Below the pieces are notes generated by a model. That model was not told the origin of the DNA. It worked only from the letters and a program-made list of their open reading frames with translations, and did not search any database. Source: Bacillota bacterium (GTDB taxonomy: Bacteria > Bacillota > Clostridia > Christensenellales > Borkfalkiaceae). From it: 64,000 bases of DNA. Below, piece after piece: positions 25,933-35,632 of this stretch (within the stretch, counting starts at the first letter, position 1; every line of letters starts with the position of its first letter). Both the position numbers and the translations under genes were made by a program. The stretch is from contig JAHZBZ010000006.1 in assembly GCA_019423125.1 (NCBI GenBank), forward strand, positions 42,404 through 106,403, written 5' to 3'.

Positions 25933-26556
25933 ATGCTGAAGGGCAAACGACAATTTATCGTTCTACTCGTTGCGGCGCTTCTCGTGGTCGCGGCGATCGT
26001 CTATGCCGCGGTCTATTCGGCACAGCGCGGGAGGGCGGACCCTTGGACGGGCAGCCGCGAGTATGTCTTCGAGGCGGAGGACGCGGCGCTGGAAAACTGC
26101 GACGTCGTCGAGGTGGAAGAAAAATACGCCGCGCACGGCGGGGAGACGGTGGGCTACCTGAAAGACGGTTCCGCCATCGTCTGGGAGATAGACGCCGCGG
26201 AAGCGGAGGAGGACGCGCTGCTCGTCGTCCGCGTCTCCTGTCCGCTCGGATGGGTCGGTACCTTCAACCTCCCGCAGGCGTTCCTGTTCGACGGGCTGTA
26301 CACGCTCACCGTCAACGGCGCGGAGACGGAGACGGGCGCGCGTCCGCTCGGTTCGGTGGACGTGTCCGATCACTATAACTATTATTACTGGGCGGAGGTC
26401 GCCGTCGAGATCGAGCTTTCGGCGGGCAAAAACGTCGTTTCGCTCTCGTTGACCAACCGCCAGAACAACGTCTATGCGTCGGCGGGCACGGTCGACTGCA
26501 TCACGGTGAAGTGCGAGACAGAGCTGAGCGCCGTCGCGGCGGAAGCACAGCGCTGA
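25933..26556 (+). CDS. Membrane-anchored protein with one CBM6/35-like carbohydrate-binding module
   Basis: N-terminal signal-anchor (FIVLLVAALLVVAAIVYAAV). The module opens with YVFEAEDAALENC, like the modules of the next protein. Confidence 0.6.
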   Translation: MLKGKRQFIVLLVAALLVVAAIVYAAVYSAQRGRADPWTGSREYVFEAEDAALENCDVVEVEEKYAAHGGETVGYLKDGSAIVWEIDAAEAEEDALLVVRVSCPLGWVGTFNLPQAFLFDGLYTLTVNGAETETGARPLGSVDVSDHYNYYYWAEVAVEIELSAGKNVVSLSLTNRQNNVYASAGTVDCITVKCETELSAVAAEAQR

Positions 26557-26571
26557 GCAAAAGAGAGAAGG

Positions 26572-26614
26572 GGGAGCGGAAGGCGCGCGGGCGCGTCCGC
26601 TCCCTGTTTTTTTT
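26572..26614 (+). terminator. Intrinsic terminator
   Basis: GGGAGCGGA...TCCGCTCCC stem followed by T8. Confidence 0.7.
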
Positions 26615-26824
26615 GCCGCGGCGGGCGCGGCCTGCGGGTTACGCAAAAAAACCGCCCGGTTACGACAGCGCGCGCATTATCTGCGCGCAAAGAGGCGCGG
26701 CTTACGGAAAAAACCACACAAAATACAAAAATATTGCTATGATAGTCGTGCAATCGGGGTCCGAGGGGGCGCGGGGCCGTCGCCCCGCAAGCCTTGCGGA
26801 CCCAAGAAAAAAAAGGAGCAGATT

Positions 26825-29194
26825 ATGAAAGGAAAAGTGGCAAAGATGAGAACTTTCGCGAGCGTTCTCGCGATCTTTCTGGCGACGGCATGCCTGTTTT
26901 GCTTTGTCGCATGCGGCGGAAACGGCGATCCCACGCCCCCGCCCGACGGCGGCAAAGACGACGTCGCGGTGACGGAGGTCATCCTCGAGCTGGACAAGGC
27001 CTCTGCGCGCGTCGGCGAGACCATCGGCGTGAAGGTCACCATGAAACCCAACAATGCGACGGACAAGAGCTATTCGCTCTCCACCAACGACGAATCGGTC
27101 GCAAAGGTGACCGAAGACGGCACGTCCGTCGAGTGCCTCAGCGCGGGCACCGTCATCGTGACGGCGCGCTCCAAGAGCACGCCCGCCAAAAAGGCGGAGG
27201 CCACCCTCACCGTCCTTGGCACGGATGAGAGCGGCCGCTACGAAAACCTGTTCGAAGCGGAAGACGCGACGCAGGGCCACGCCGAGGGCAGCACGATGCA
27301 CACCGAATACGTCACCGACGACCGCCTCAGCGGCACGGGCGTGGTCGGCACCTTCAGCAAGGGCGACCGCCTGATCTGGGGATTCGAGGCGAGCGAGGCG
27401 GACGACAATGCCGCCCTGCGCATCCGCCTGATGGGACCCAGCGGCTGGCTGGGCATGTGGGATTCCATTCCCTATACTTTCGCGGACTGGTACACCGTCA
27501 AGGTGAACGGCAAGACGATCGACACGGAGAACATCCGCATCGAGGGCACCGCGAACCAGGGCGCCGTCGCGGATTACTATGCGGTCAAGGACGTCGAACT
27601 GGGCGGCATCTCGCTGCAGAAGGGGCTCAACGTCATCACCTTCGTCGTCTCCAACCGCTTTGACGTCACTTCGATCAACGAGGGCATCTACAACGGCAAC
27701 ATCACCTGCCTGGGCAACGTGGACAGCATTACGGTGCTCAGTTCCAAAGACCTGACTTTCGTCGAGAACACCGAAGAGGTGGAAAATCCCGATCCCGACG
27801 TCGCGTTTGCTTCCCTGAAGATGGAGGCGGAAGCGGAGAAGACGCGCGTCTATGAGAGCGCGGACGTCCCGAAGGCGGATCTTTCGGGCAAGACCTTCGC
27901 GGAGTTCAAGGAAAACATGAACGTGATGTTCGGCATGAACGCGGACACGGCGAAGAAGGTCCGCTTCACGCTCCGCGTCGCTTCTCCGTATAAGACGACG
28001 GCGGCGCCCATCGAGGATGTCGCGCTTTCGGACATGATCTCTCTCACCCTCAACGGCAAGAAGATCGACCTCGGCTCGCTGACCGTGCGCGGCTGCGACG
28101 AGGTCAACACCAAGGAAAACTTCACCGAGCTCACGACGGGCTGGACCGAACTCTCCGAAGGGGAGAACGTGCTCAACGTCGTGGCGAAAAAGATTGACGG
28201 TTACGCATACCTCGGCGGACTTGACTTCGTCGTCGCGGAATACGTTTCGGGCGAGGTCGCCGCGCAGCTCGTGGAAGAGCCGCAGCCGCAGACGACGGTG
28301 CGCCTCGAGGCGGAGGCGGAGACGACCAAGCTGGTCGGCTATACGCTTGCGGACGGCGCGACGAGCGTCGAGTTCAAGGATGCGTACAAAGTCGAGACGG
28401 ACAAATACGTCAACAAGCTTGAGACCAACAAGATCATCTTCGGCATCGAAGCGGATCAGGCGACCTATGCGACGATCAAACTCCGCGTCGCGGCGCCTTA
28501 CATCAACGCGCAGACGGCGGCGGAAGACGTTACTCTGGGCAACATCGGCGATCTGTGGGTGAACGGCGTCATGGTCAGCACGCCAGAGATCGTCAGGGGC
28601 AACGGCGCCCTCGGCGACAAGGAGAACTACACCGAAGTGGAGATCGAGACGCAGATCGAACTGCGTGCGGGCAAAAACAGGATCGTCTGGGAGGCGCAGA
28701 ACTACACGGACAAAGACTACGAGTTCCTCGGCGCGCTGGACTACATCGAGCTGACCTCTTCCGCTTCGCTCACCGCGTATGAAGTCAACTTCTGGACGGA
28801 CCGCAACAGCTACTTCGACGACGGCAACAACGAGCCCATCTGGGTGACCTGCGACGCCGTTTCCGAGAGCACGCCCGACAACTGCTGGATCGCAGTTTAC
28901 AGGGTGGGCGACGCCATCGAAGAGAACAGCGTCGGCTCTCTGTATTACTACTACCCGACCAACGCGAAGTGGAACACGGACGGCGTCGCGCACCTCGGCG
29001 ACAGGGTCAACATCCTCACGCAGAACCCCAACAGCGAGCGGCCTCTGATCGACGCGACGACGGGCGGCATGTATCTGATCGTATACTTCGAATGGGACGG
29101 CAAGAACGCGCAGAACGGCTATACGATCACCGATTACGTCACCATCGGCGTGTGGGACGATCCCGCTCTGTACGGCGGGTATGTCGAGGCCTGA
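26825..29194 (+). CDS. Surface lipoprotein with a Big_2 (Ig-like) domain and several CBM6/35-like modules
   Basis: Lipobox LFCFVAC|GG. Has a Big_2-like segment (VTEVILELDKASARVGETIGVKVTM...VIVTARS). Repeated modules begin FEAEDATQ, MEAEAEKT and LEAEAETT. The start could instead be the ATG at 26846. Confidence 0.7.
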   Translation: MKGKVAKMRTFASVLAIFLATACLFCFVACGGNGDPTPPPDGGKDDVAVTEVILELDKASARVGETIGVKVTMKPNNATDKSYSLSTNDESVAKVTEDGTSVECLSAGTVIVTARSKSTPAKKAEATLTVLGTDESGRYENLFEAEDATQGHAEGSTMHTEYVTDDRLSGTGVVGTFSKGDRLIWGFEASEADDNAALRIRLMGPSGWLGMWDSIPYTFADWYTVKVNGKTIDTENIRIEGTANQGAVADYYAVKDVELGGISLQKGLNVITFVVSNRFDVTSINEGIYNGNITCLGNVDSITVLSSKDLTFVENTEEVENPDPDVAFASLKMEAEAEKTRVYESADVPKADLSGKTFAEFKENMNVMFGMNADTAKKVRFTLRVASPYKTTAAPIEDVALSDMISLTLNGKKIDLGSLTVRGCDEVNTKENFTELTTGWTELSEGENVLNVVAKKIDGYAYLGGLDFVVAEYVSGEVAAQLVEEPQPQTTVRLEAEAETTKLVGYTLADGATSVEFKDAYKVETDKYVNKLETNKIIFGIEADQATYATIKLRVAAPYINAQTAAEDVTLGNIGDLWVNGVMVSTPEIVRGNGALGDKENYTEVEIETQIELRAGKNRIVWEAQNYTDKDYEFLGALDYIELTSSASLTAYEVNFWTDRNSYFDDGNNEPIWVTCDAVSESTPDNCWIAVYRVGDAIEENSVGSLYYYYPTNAKWNTDGVAHLGDRVNILTQNPNSERPLIDATTGGMYLIVYFEWDGKNAQNGYTITDYVTIGVWDDPALYGGYVEA

Positions 29195-29204
29195 ACGGGT
29201 GGAT

Positions 29205-30623
29205 ATGAACAGACGTAAATATTTCGGGGCAAGGGCGATCGCGGCGGCGCTCGGCGCAGCGCTGCTGCTCTCCGCCTTCGCCGGGTGCGGGGGAGAAGTT
29301 CCCCCGCCCCCGGACGAAGGGGACGACCCCGCGCCCGATGCGGTGTCGCAGTATTACGACATCGCCTTTTACAGCGAGACCGAACTGAAAAACTGCGCGG
29401 AAGGGCTTGTCCTCGTGACGAAAAAGGCGGATCCCGACGAAGCGGGGACATGTCTTCGCCTGTGCTGGGGCACGGACGACGGGGCGCTGGAGGGCTACAG
29501 CCCGCTTGCCTCGTTCGACAACTTGAGCGCGGGGGAATACGAATTTGAATTTCCCGACAATGCGCTCATCCCCGAAGGTGCGACCAAGCTCCGCGCGGAG
29601 CTTCTCGACGCGGAGGGCAACGTTCTGGACGCGGGGAGCACGGGCGTGGAGGCGTACAAGCAGGAGAGCGAACTTCTCTACGAGTTTCAGGTGATCAGCG
29701 ATCAGCAGCTCTCCGCCTTCGACGCCTTTTACAGGCGCTCGGAGAAGACCTTTGCGGACATCAGGGAAAATTCCCCCGATTCGGTGCTCATCGCGGTCAA
29801 CGGCGACATCGTCGACGAGGCGAATGCGGCTTTTTACGACCGCTTTTACGAGTCCTATTCCGCCGTTTACGGCGATGAAGGGACGCAGATGCTGGTCGGG
29901 CTGGGCAACCACGAGTTCATCGTGCAGAGCGAGAACGACCGCTACGACGGCGTGAGCGAAGCGGAGCTTGCGCGGCGCTACGAGCAGCGGCTCGCGCTCT
30001 GGAAGCAGAAGACGGGCAACGATTCCCCGTATTTTGCGCGCGAGATCGAGGGAAGCTGGTTCATCTTCCTGGGCACGACGGCGATGCCGCGCGAGCTGGA
30101 CGGCAACACGCGCGCGGACTGCACGCTGGGAGCCGAGCAGCTCTCCTGGCTGGAGCGGACGATGGAGGAGGCGGGCAGGAGCGGCAAGCCCATCTACCTG
30201 TTTTCGCACGGTTCGCTGCGCGACACGGTGAGCGGCTCGCTGACAGACCTTTCGCAGACGTGGTACGGCTATTCGGAAGAGGAGGAGCAGGCGCTCCGCG
30301 CCATTCTCGGCAAGTATCCGCAGACGCTCGTCTTTTCTTCCCATTCGCACTGGTCTTTCGAGAGCGAGTCCCCCTATCTGATCGGGGAGGATTCCTTCTC
30401 CTGCTTCAACACGGCGGCGATCGGCTATCTGTGGCAGGGCACGGGCGGCGGCGAGCATTACGGCGGCGGCGACTATGAAAACGGCGGCGCACAGGGGCTT
30501 TACGTGCGCGTCTACGAGGACTACGTCGCGGTGCTCGGGCGGCAGTTCGAGGCGCTGGACGGCGAGAGCAAGTACTGGTACAGCGGGTACCAGGTGATCC
30601 TGCCGACGGGAGCAGGGGACTGA
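29205..30623 (+). CDS. Lipoprotein, calcineurin-like metallophosphoesterase with an N-terminal domain of unknown function
   Basis: Lipobox LLSAFAGC|GG. Metallophosphoesterase motifs VNGDIVDE, GLGNHEF, LFSHGSL and SSHSHW. Confidence 0.75.
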   Translation: MNRRKYFGARAIAAALGAALLLSAFAGCGGEVPPPPDEGDDPAPDAVSQYYDIAFYSETELKNCAEGLVLVTKKADPDEAGTCLRLCWGTDDGALEGYSPLASFDNLSAGEYEFEFPDNALIPEGATKLRAELLDAEGNVLDAGSTGVEAYKQESELLYEFQVISDQQLSAFDAFYRRSEKTFADIRENSPDSVLIAVNGDIVDEANAAFYDRFYESYSAVYGDEGTQMLVGLGNHEFIVQSENDRYDGVSEAELARRYEQRLALWKQKTGNDSPYFAREIEGSWFIFLGTTAMPRELDGNTRADCTLGAEQLSWLERTMEEAGRSGKPIYLFSHGSLRDTVSGSLTDLSQTWYGYSEEEEQALRAILGKYPQTLVFSSHSHWSFESESPYLIGEDSFSCFNTAAIGYLWQGTGGGEHYGGGDYENGGAQGLYVRVYEDYVAVLGRQFEALDGESKYWYSGYQVILPTGAGD

Positions 30624-30633
30624 GGAGGATTCA

Positions 30634-33582
30634 ATGAGGACGAAAAGTTTTTTTTCAAAGATAGCATTCGGAATTTTATGCGTGTTCTGCGCGGCGATCA
30701 TCGCCGGCAACGTGGTGTGCTTCAATGTGCTGGGCGTCGATTTCATCACGGCGGCCATCTCGGGAACGGGCGCGACCTACGGCGACACTTCGAGCGCCGA
30801 GCTGGGCGCGGAGCTCGTCAAAAAAGTGAGCGAAGAGGGCACCGTCCTTCTCAAAAACGAGAACGACACCCTGCCCCTCGACCTCACGAAAAACAACAAG
30901 GTCAACGTGTTCGGTTACACCGCGCTGGACAACGCATGGGTGTTCACGGGCGTGGGTTCGGGCTCCTGCAAGCCGGACCCCGAAAAGCGCGTCGGCATCC
31001 TGCAGGGTCTGACCAATGCGGGGTTTGAGTACAACGCCGATCTCATTCAGGCGTACAAGGAGGCGATCCCCTCGAACGACGCATGGATGTCCATGAATCA
31101 GAACGGCAAGATCCTGCAGCCGGACAACTCCTTCTATTCGGACGAGCGCATGCAGGCGGCGCGCAATTTCAGCGACACGGCGATCGTCGTGCTTTCCCGC
31201 AACAGCGGCGAGAACGTCGGCGAAGTGCCCACCGTCTCGGTGGATTACCTCACGGGCAAGACGGACGAGTCGCGCAGCTATCTCGACCTCTCCGCAAAAG
31301 AGGAGTACATGCTCGAAAAGGTGACTTCGACCTTTGAAAAGGTCATCGTCATCCTCAACACCTCCAACAACATGCAGTGCGGTTTCCTCACCGACGAGGG
31401 CATCGACGCGGCGCTCTATTGCGGTCCGACGGGACTTTGCGGCGCGGAGTCGGTCGCGAACCTGATCGCGGGCAAAAAGACGGTCAAGACGGAGGAGGGT
31501 GAAGAGGAAGTGCTCATCAGCCCGAGCGGCAGGCTCGCGGACACCTATGCCTATGATTACAGCAGCGAGCCGGGCTTTGCGAACTACGCGGTGCGCAACA
31601 AATCGGCGACGGGCGGCAACATCGTCTATCAGGAGGACATCTATTTCGGCTATCGCTGGTACGAGACGGCGGCGGAAGAGGGGTTCATCAAGGACTACTA
31701 CGATGCGGTCATCTATCCCTTCGGCTACGGGCTTTCCTATACCACGTTTGACTGGACGCTGAAAAAAGTCAGCGTTCCGAACGGCTCGAAGATCGAAAAA
31801 GACACGGAGTTCAAGCTGACCGTCACCGTCGAAAATACGGGCGATTATCCCGGACAGGACGTCGTGGAACTGTATTTCCGCACCCCTTATACCCCGGGCG
31901 GCATCGAAAAGAGCTCGATCACGCTGGGCGATTTCGCAAAGACCTCCGTGCTCCGTCCGGGCGAGAGCCAGGACGTGACGCTCACGCTGACCGCCTATGA
32001 CATGGCGTCTTACGACTGCTATGACAAGAACGGCAACGGGAACACGGGCTACGAGCTGGACGGCGGAAAGTATACCCTCGAGCTCAAGACGGACGTGCAT
32101 ACCCTCAAGGACATGAAGAGCGCGACTCTCTCCTATTCGGTAGACAAGACCATCCTGTTCAGCGAAGATCCCGTGACGGGTTACGACGTCATCAACCGCT
32201 TTACGGGCGACGAGGCATATGCGGGCGTTTCCATCGACGGCTCCAACGTGGGGCTCAAAGAGAAATACCTGACCCGCGAGGACTTTTACGGCTCTTTCCG
32301 CGACCGTCAGTCGCCCCTTCCCGAGGACACCGACAAGGTGGTCAAGGGCAGGCTGTATGCGTCGGGTGCGAACAACACCGACGAGATGCCCGTGTTCGGC
32401 GCGTACAACGGTCTGTACATCATCACAAAGGCGGACGGCACGAAGGCGTCCGCGGAGGAGCTCAAAGACGCGGAAGGGCTGGTGTTCAACGACGAGCTCG
32501 TCGACCGCCTGACCGCCGACTACGACGGCGCGCTCTGGGATCAGCTCGTCGACCAGATGACCAAAAAAGAGGTGCGCGACCTCGTCGAGAAGAGCGGGTT
32601 CGGCTCCGCGGCGATCGAATCCATCGGCAAGGTGGAGACGCTGGACTTCGACGGCCCGAGCGGGTTCAACGAGAACACGCAAAAGCCCGCCGAGGACAAG
32701 TCCGCGTGGACGAGCTATCCCGCCGAGTGTCTGGTCGGGTGCTCGTGGAGCGAGGCGATCTCCAACGAGATCGGGCAGTCTGTGGCGTATGAGGCGTCCA
32801 AGAGCGGCATCAGCGGCTGGTACGCCCCCGGCGTCAACCTGCACCGCTCCAACTACAACGGCAGGAATTACGAGTATTACAGCGAAGATCCCGTGATCTC
32901 GGGCAAGCTCGCGGCGGCGACCATCATGGGCGCGAAATCGGGCGGACTGTATTGCTATCTCAAGCACTTCGCGCTCAGCGAGGAAGGGGACAACGCCAAG
33001 GGCGTCGACACCTGGATCACCGAACAGAACTTCCGCGAGATCTATCTCAAACCCTTCGAGATCGCCGTGAAGGCGGGCGCAAACGCGATCATGACCGCGT
33101 TCAACCGCATCGGCCCCGTCTGGGCGGGCGCGAATTACGATCTCCTGACCGAGGTGCTTCGCAACGAGTGGGGATTCGTCGGCTCCGTCGTCACCGACTG
33201 GAGCAGCGGCGACGAGATCATGAACACGCCGCGCGGCGTGCGTGCGGGCAACGACCTGTGGCTCAACCCGATGGCGCAGAACTATACGCCGCTGGACGAG
33301 AACGACCCGACGGAAATGTACTGCGCGAAACTTGCGGCGAAGAACAATCTCTATACATATGTTTCCACGTACAAATACGCGCGCGACTTTGACAGTGCGG
33401 ACAATCCCTATCAGGTCGTGGCGGGCGTGCGCACGGCAGGGAGTGCGGACTACTGGTGGATCTGGCTTCTGGGCGCGATCGATGCGGTGTTCTTTGCGGG
33501 CACCCTCGCGCTGGGGCTGTACCTGTTCGTTCCCTGGAACAAGATACTCGGCAAAAGGCAGAACGCTTCCGACGCGGAGTGA
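30634..33582 (+). CDS. Glycoside hydrolase family 3 enzyme, domain-permuted, with N- and C-terminal TM anchors
   Basis: A GH3 C-domain-like segment comes first (GTVLLKNENDTLPL...VNVFG). Next is an Fn3-like segment (TVENTGDYPGQDVVELYF). The GH3 catalytic barrel comes last (CYLKHFAL...GFVGSVVTDWSS). Hydrophobic segments sit at both termini. Confidence 0.85.
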   Translation: MRTKSFFSKIAFGILCVFCAAIIAGNVVCFNVLGVDFITAAISGTGATYGDTSSAELGAELVKKVSEEGTVLLKNENDTLPLDLTKNNKVNVFGYTALDNAWVFTGVGSGSCKPDPEKRVGILQGLTNAGFEYNADLIQAYKEAIPSNDAWMSMNQNGKILQPDNSFYSDERMQAARNFSDTAIVVLSRNSGENVGEVPTVSVDYLTGKTDESRSYLDLSAKEEYMLEKVTSTFEKVIVILNTSNNMQCGFLTDEGIDAALYCGPTGLCGAESVANLIAGKKTVKTEEGEEEVLISPSGRLADTYAYDYSSEPGFANYAVRNKSATGGNIVYQEDIYFGYRWYETAAEEGFIKDYYDAVIYPFGYGLSYTTFDWTLKKVSVPNGSKIEKDTEFKLTVTVENTGDYPGQDVVELYFRTPYTPGGIEKSSITLGDFAKTSVLRPGESQDVTLTLTAYDMASYDCYDKNGNGNTGYELDGGKYTLELKTDVHTLKDMKSATLSYSVDKTILFSEDPVTGYDVINRFTGDEAYAGVSIDGSNVGLKEKYLTREDFYGSFRDRQSPLPEDTDKVVKGRLYASGANNTDEMPVFGAYNGLYIITKADGTKASAEELKDAEGLVFNDELVDRLTADYDGALWDQLVDQMTKKEVRDLVEKSGFGSAAIESIGKVETLDFDGPSGFNENTQKPAEDKSAWTSYPAECLVGCSWSEAISNEIGQSVAYEASKSGISGWYAPGVNLHRSNYNGRNYEYYSEDPVISGKLAAATIMGAKSGGLYCYLKHFALSEEGDNAKGVDTWITEQNFREIYLKPFEIAVKAGANAIMTAFNRIGPVWAGANYDLLTEVLRNEWGFVGSVVTDWSSGDEIMNTPRGVRAGNDLWLNPMAQNYTPLDENDPTEMYCAKLAAKNNLYTYVSTYKYARDFDSADNPYQVVAGVRTAGSADYWWIWLLGAIDAVFFAGTLALGLYLFVPWNKILGKRQNASDAE

Positions 33583-33596
33583 GCTGCCCCAAGAGC

Positions 33597-33631
33597 GCAG
33601 AGCGGAAGATCTCTTCCGCTCTGCATTTTTA
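33597..33631 (+). terminator. Intrinsic terminator after the GH3 operon
   Basis: GCAGAGCGGAAG-ATCT-CTTCCGCTCTGC followed by ATTTTT. A second hairpin plus T6 lies at about 33639-33684. Confidence 0.75.
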
Positions 33632-33837
33632 TGCGTCGGAAAGAACGTCTGCACACAGATTGTTGCGCAGGCGTTCTTTTTTCGGAATATTCTTTTAAAA
33701 AAAATGCAAACCCCCCTTGTCAAAGCCGCAAATGTGTGATAAAATGAAAAAAGGAGCCTTTTCCGACTCGATCTGTATTTCATTTTGCGCGAAACTGCGG
33801 CTTTGCTGCGGTTTTACGCCGCAGGTTTATCATATCT

Positions 33838-35322
33838 ATGCAAAAAAATATGTATTTTGATTTCTTCGGGAAGGACTGCTTCGGTGCAGTCGCCGAAGAC
33901 GGCAGACTGGTCGAATTCCACCTGGATTCGGACAGCGCGTCTGAGATCTCGGGAAACATCTACAAGGGCCGTGTGGTCAACGTCTTGGACGGGATGCAGG
34001 CGGCGTTTGTCGCGTTCGGCAGGGAAAAGAACGGGTATCTGTACGCGGGGGACATCCCCTGTGCGGCGGAGATCGGACAGTCCGCCGCCGAACAGAAGCT
34101 CAACGTGCGCGTGGGGCAGGAAGTGATGGTGCAGGTCTCAAAATCCCCCATCGGCACCAAGGGCGCGCGGTTGAGCATGAACCTATCCTTTGTGGGCAAA
34201 AACCTGATCTTTCTCCCCACGGCGGATTTTTGCGCCATCTCGCGCAAGATCACCGACGAGGGCATGCGCGCGCGCATGGAGGAGTGGCTGGAAAAACTGC
34301 GCGCGGACGGCGGCGGCTTCATCATGCGCACCAACGCGCAGAGCCGTACCCTCAAAGAGCTTCGCCACGAGGAAAAATACCTGCGCGAGCTGTACAACGC
34401 GACGCGCGCCGCCTACGAGAACGCCTGCGTCGGGGACATGATCTACCGCAGCGAGGACGTGCACGCCCGCCTTTTGCGCGACTTCGATCTCGACAGCATC
34501 GACAAGGTGTACATCGGCAACCGCGAGGCGTATGCCCGCGTGGAGGAGATGCTGCGCAAGACGCGCTACCGCTGCAAGGCGGAGCTGTACACGGGCACGC
34601 GCGAGATGTTCGATCATTTCGGGCTGGAACAGCAGATCTACGAGCTGATGAGCCCGCGCGTCGCGCTGGAGAGCGGCGCCTATCTCGTCTTTGACAAGAC
34701 GGAGGCGCTGACGGCGATCGACGTCAACACGGGCAAATTCACGGGCGAGACGGGGCTGGAAGACACCGTCTACCGCACCAACCTGCTCGCCGCGCGCGAG
34801 ATCGCGCGGCAGGTGCGCCTGCGCAACATCGGCGGCATCGTCGTCGTCGATTTCATCGACATGGAGAGCGCCGAGCACCGCGCCGCCGTCGTAGAGGAGC
34901 TGGAAAAATACCTGCGCGAGGACCGCGCAAAGTGCAACGTCTCCGCGATGACCGAGCTCGGGCTCGTGCAGTTCACCCGCAAGAAGGTCAAGACGGACAA
35001 CGTCTCCATGCTCACCAAGAGCTGTCCCTACTGCAAAGGCTCGGGCATCGTCCTGTCCGATTCCTACATCGCCTTCCGCATCCAGATCGCGCTCAAGCGT
35101 TTGTTTTCGGACGGGTACGAGAATGCGATCGTCGAGCTCAACGCTGGCATCTACGCCTGCATCGTCGGGAAAAGGCTTTTCAGCAAGCTCGTGCGCGGGG
35201 AATGGCGGGACAAGCGGGTGTACATGATCCCGCACCGCACCTTCCACGACGAGTATTTTGTCGTGCGCGGGGACAACAACCCCGTGCTCACCCTTCCCGA
35301 CACCGCAAAACTGCTCTACTGA
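33838..35322 (+). CDS. rng: Rne/Rng family ribonuclease (RNase G-like)
   Basis: N-terminal S1 domain (GNIYKGRVVNVLDGMQAAFV), then AIDVNTGKF and GGIVVVDFIDM catalytic-core motifs, and CPYCKGSG. No SD is evident before the ATG at 33838 or 33850. Confidence 0.85.
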   Translation: MQKNMYFDFFGKDCFGAVAEDGRLVEFHLDSDSASEISGNIYKGRVVNVLDGMQAAFVAFGREKNGYLYAGDIPCAAEIGQSAAEQKLNVRVGQEVMVQVSKSPIGTKGARLSMNLSFVGKNLIFLPTADFCAISRKITDEGMRARMEEWLEKLRADGGGFIMRTNAQSRTLKELRHEEKYLRELYNATRAAYENACVGDMIYRSEDVHARLLRDFDLDSIDKVYIGNREAYARVEEMLRKTRYRCKAELYTGTREMFDHFGLEQQIYELMSPRVALESGAYLVFDKTEALTAIDVNTGKFTGETGLEDTVYRTNLLAAREIARQVRLRNIGGIVVVDFIDMESAEHRAAVVEELEKYLREDRAKCNVSAMTELGLVQFTRKKVKTDNVSMLTKSCPYCKGSGIVLSDSYIAFRIQIALKRLFSDGYENAIVELNAGIYACIVGKRLFSKLVRGEWRDKRVYMIPHRTFHDEYFVVRGDNNPVLTLPDTAKLLY

Positions 35323-35632
35323 CGCGAGTCGGAAAGTTTTTACAATTTTTTCAAACAAAAGGGGAATTTTTATTACATCTATTTCGTATAATAGAGGTGC
35401 AAAGAGGGCGTGCGCAGGCCCGCGGCGCGGGGAAAACCGCGCAAAGAGCCGTCCGCAACGCGCCCGCCGCATCCCCCGCCGGAGAGGAAGGGGGGCTTTG
35501 TATTTTTCTGCGCGCCGCGCGCATTGCGGAAATCGCGGCAAGAGCGTCTTTCGCTCCCTTGAACGAAGAATTGCCCTTCTTCCTTGCGGGAAGGAGGGCG
35601 TTTTTCATTCTTTTGCGGTCTTACAGTGTTTC

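Noticed and set aside
33744-33860. A 38-codon ORF (MKKGAFSDSICISFCAKLRLCCGFTPQVYHIYAKKYVF) upstream of and overlapping the rng start
   Set aside because: Its ATG overlaps the -10 hexamer (TAAAAT, 33740-33745) of the only visible promoter, so it would not be on the transcript. There is no SD.
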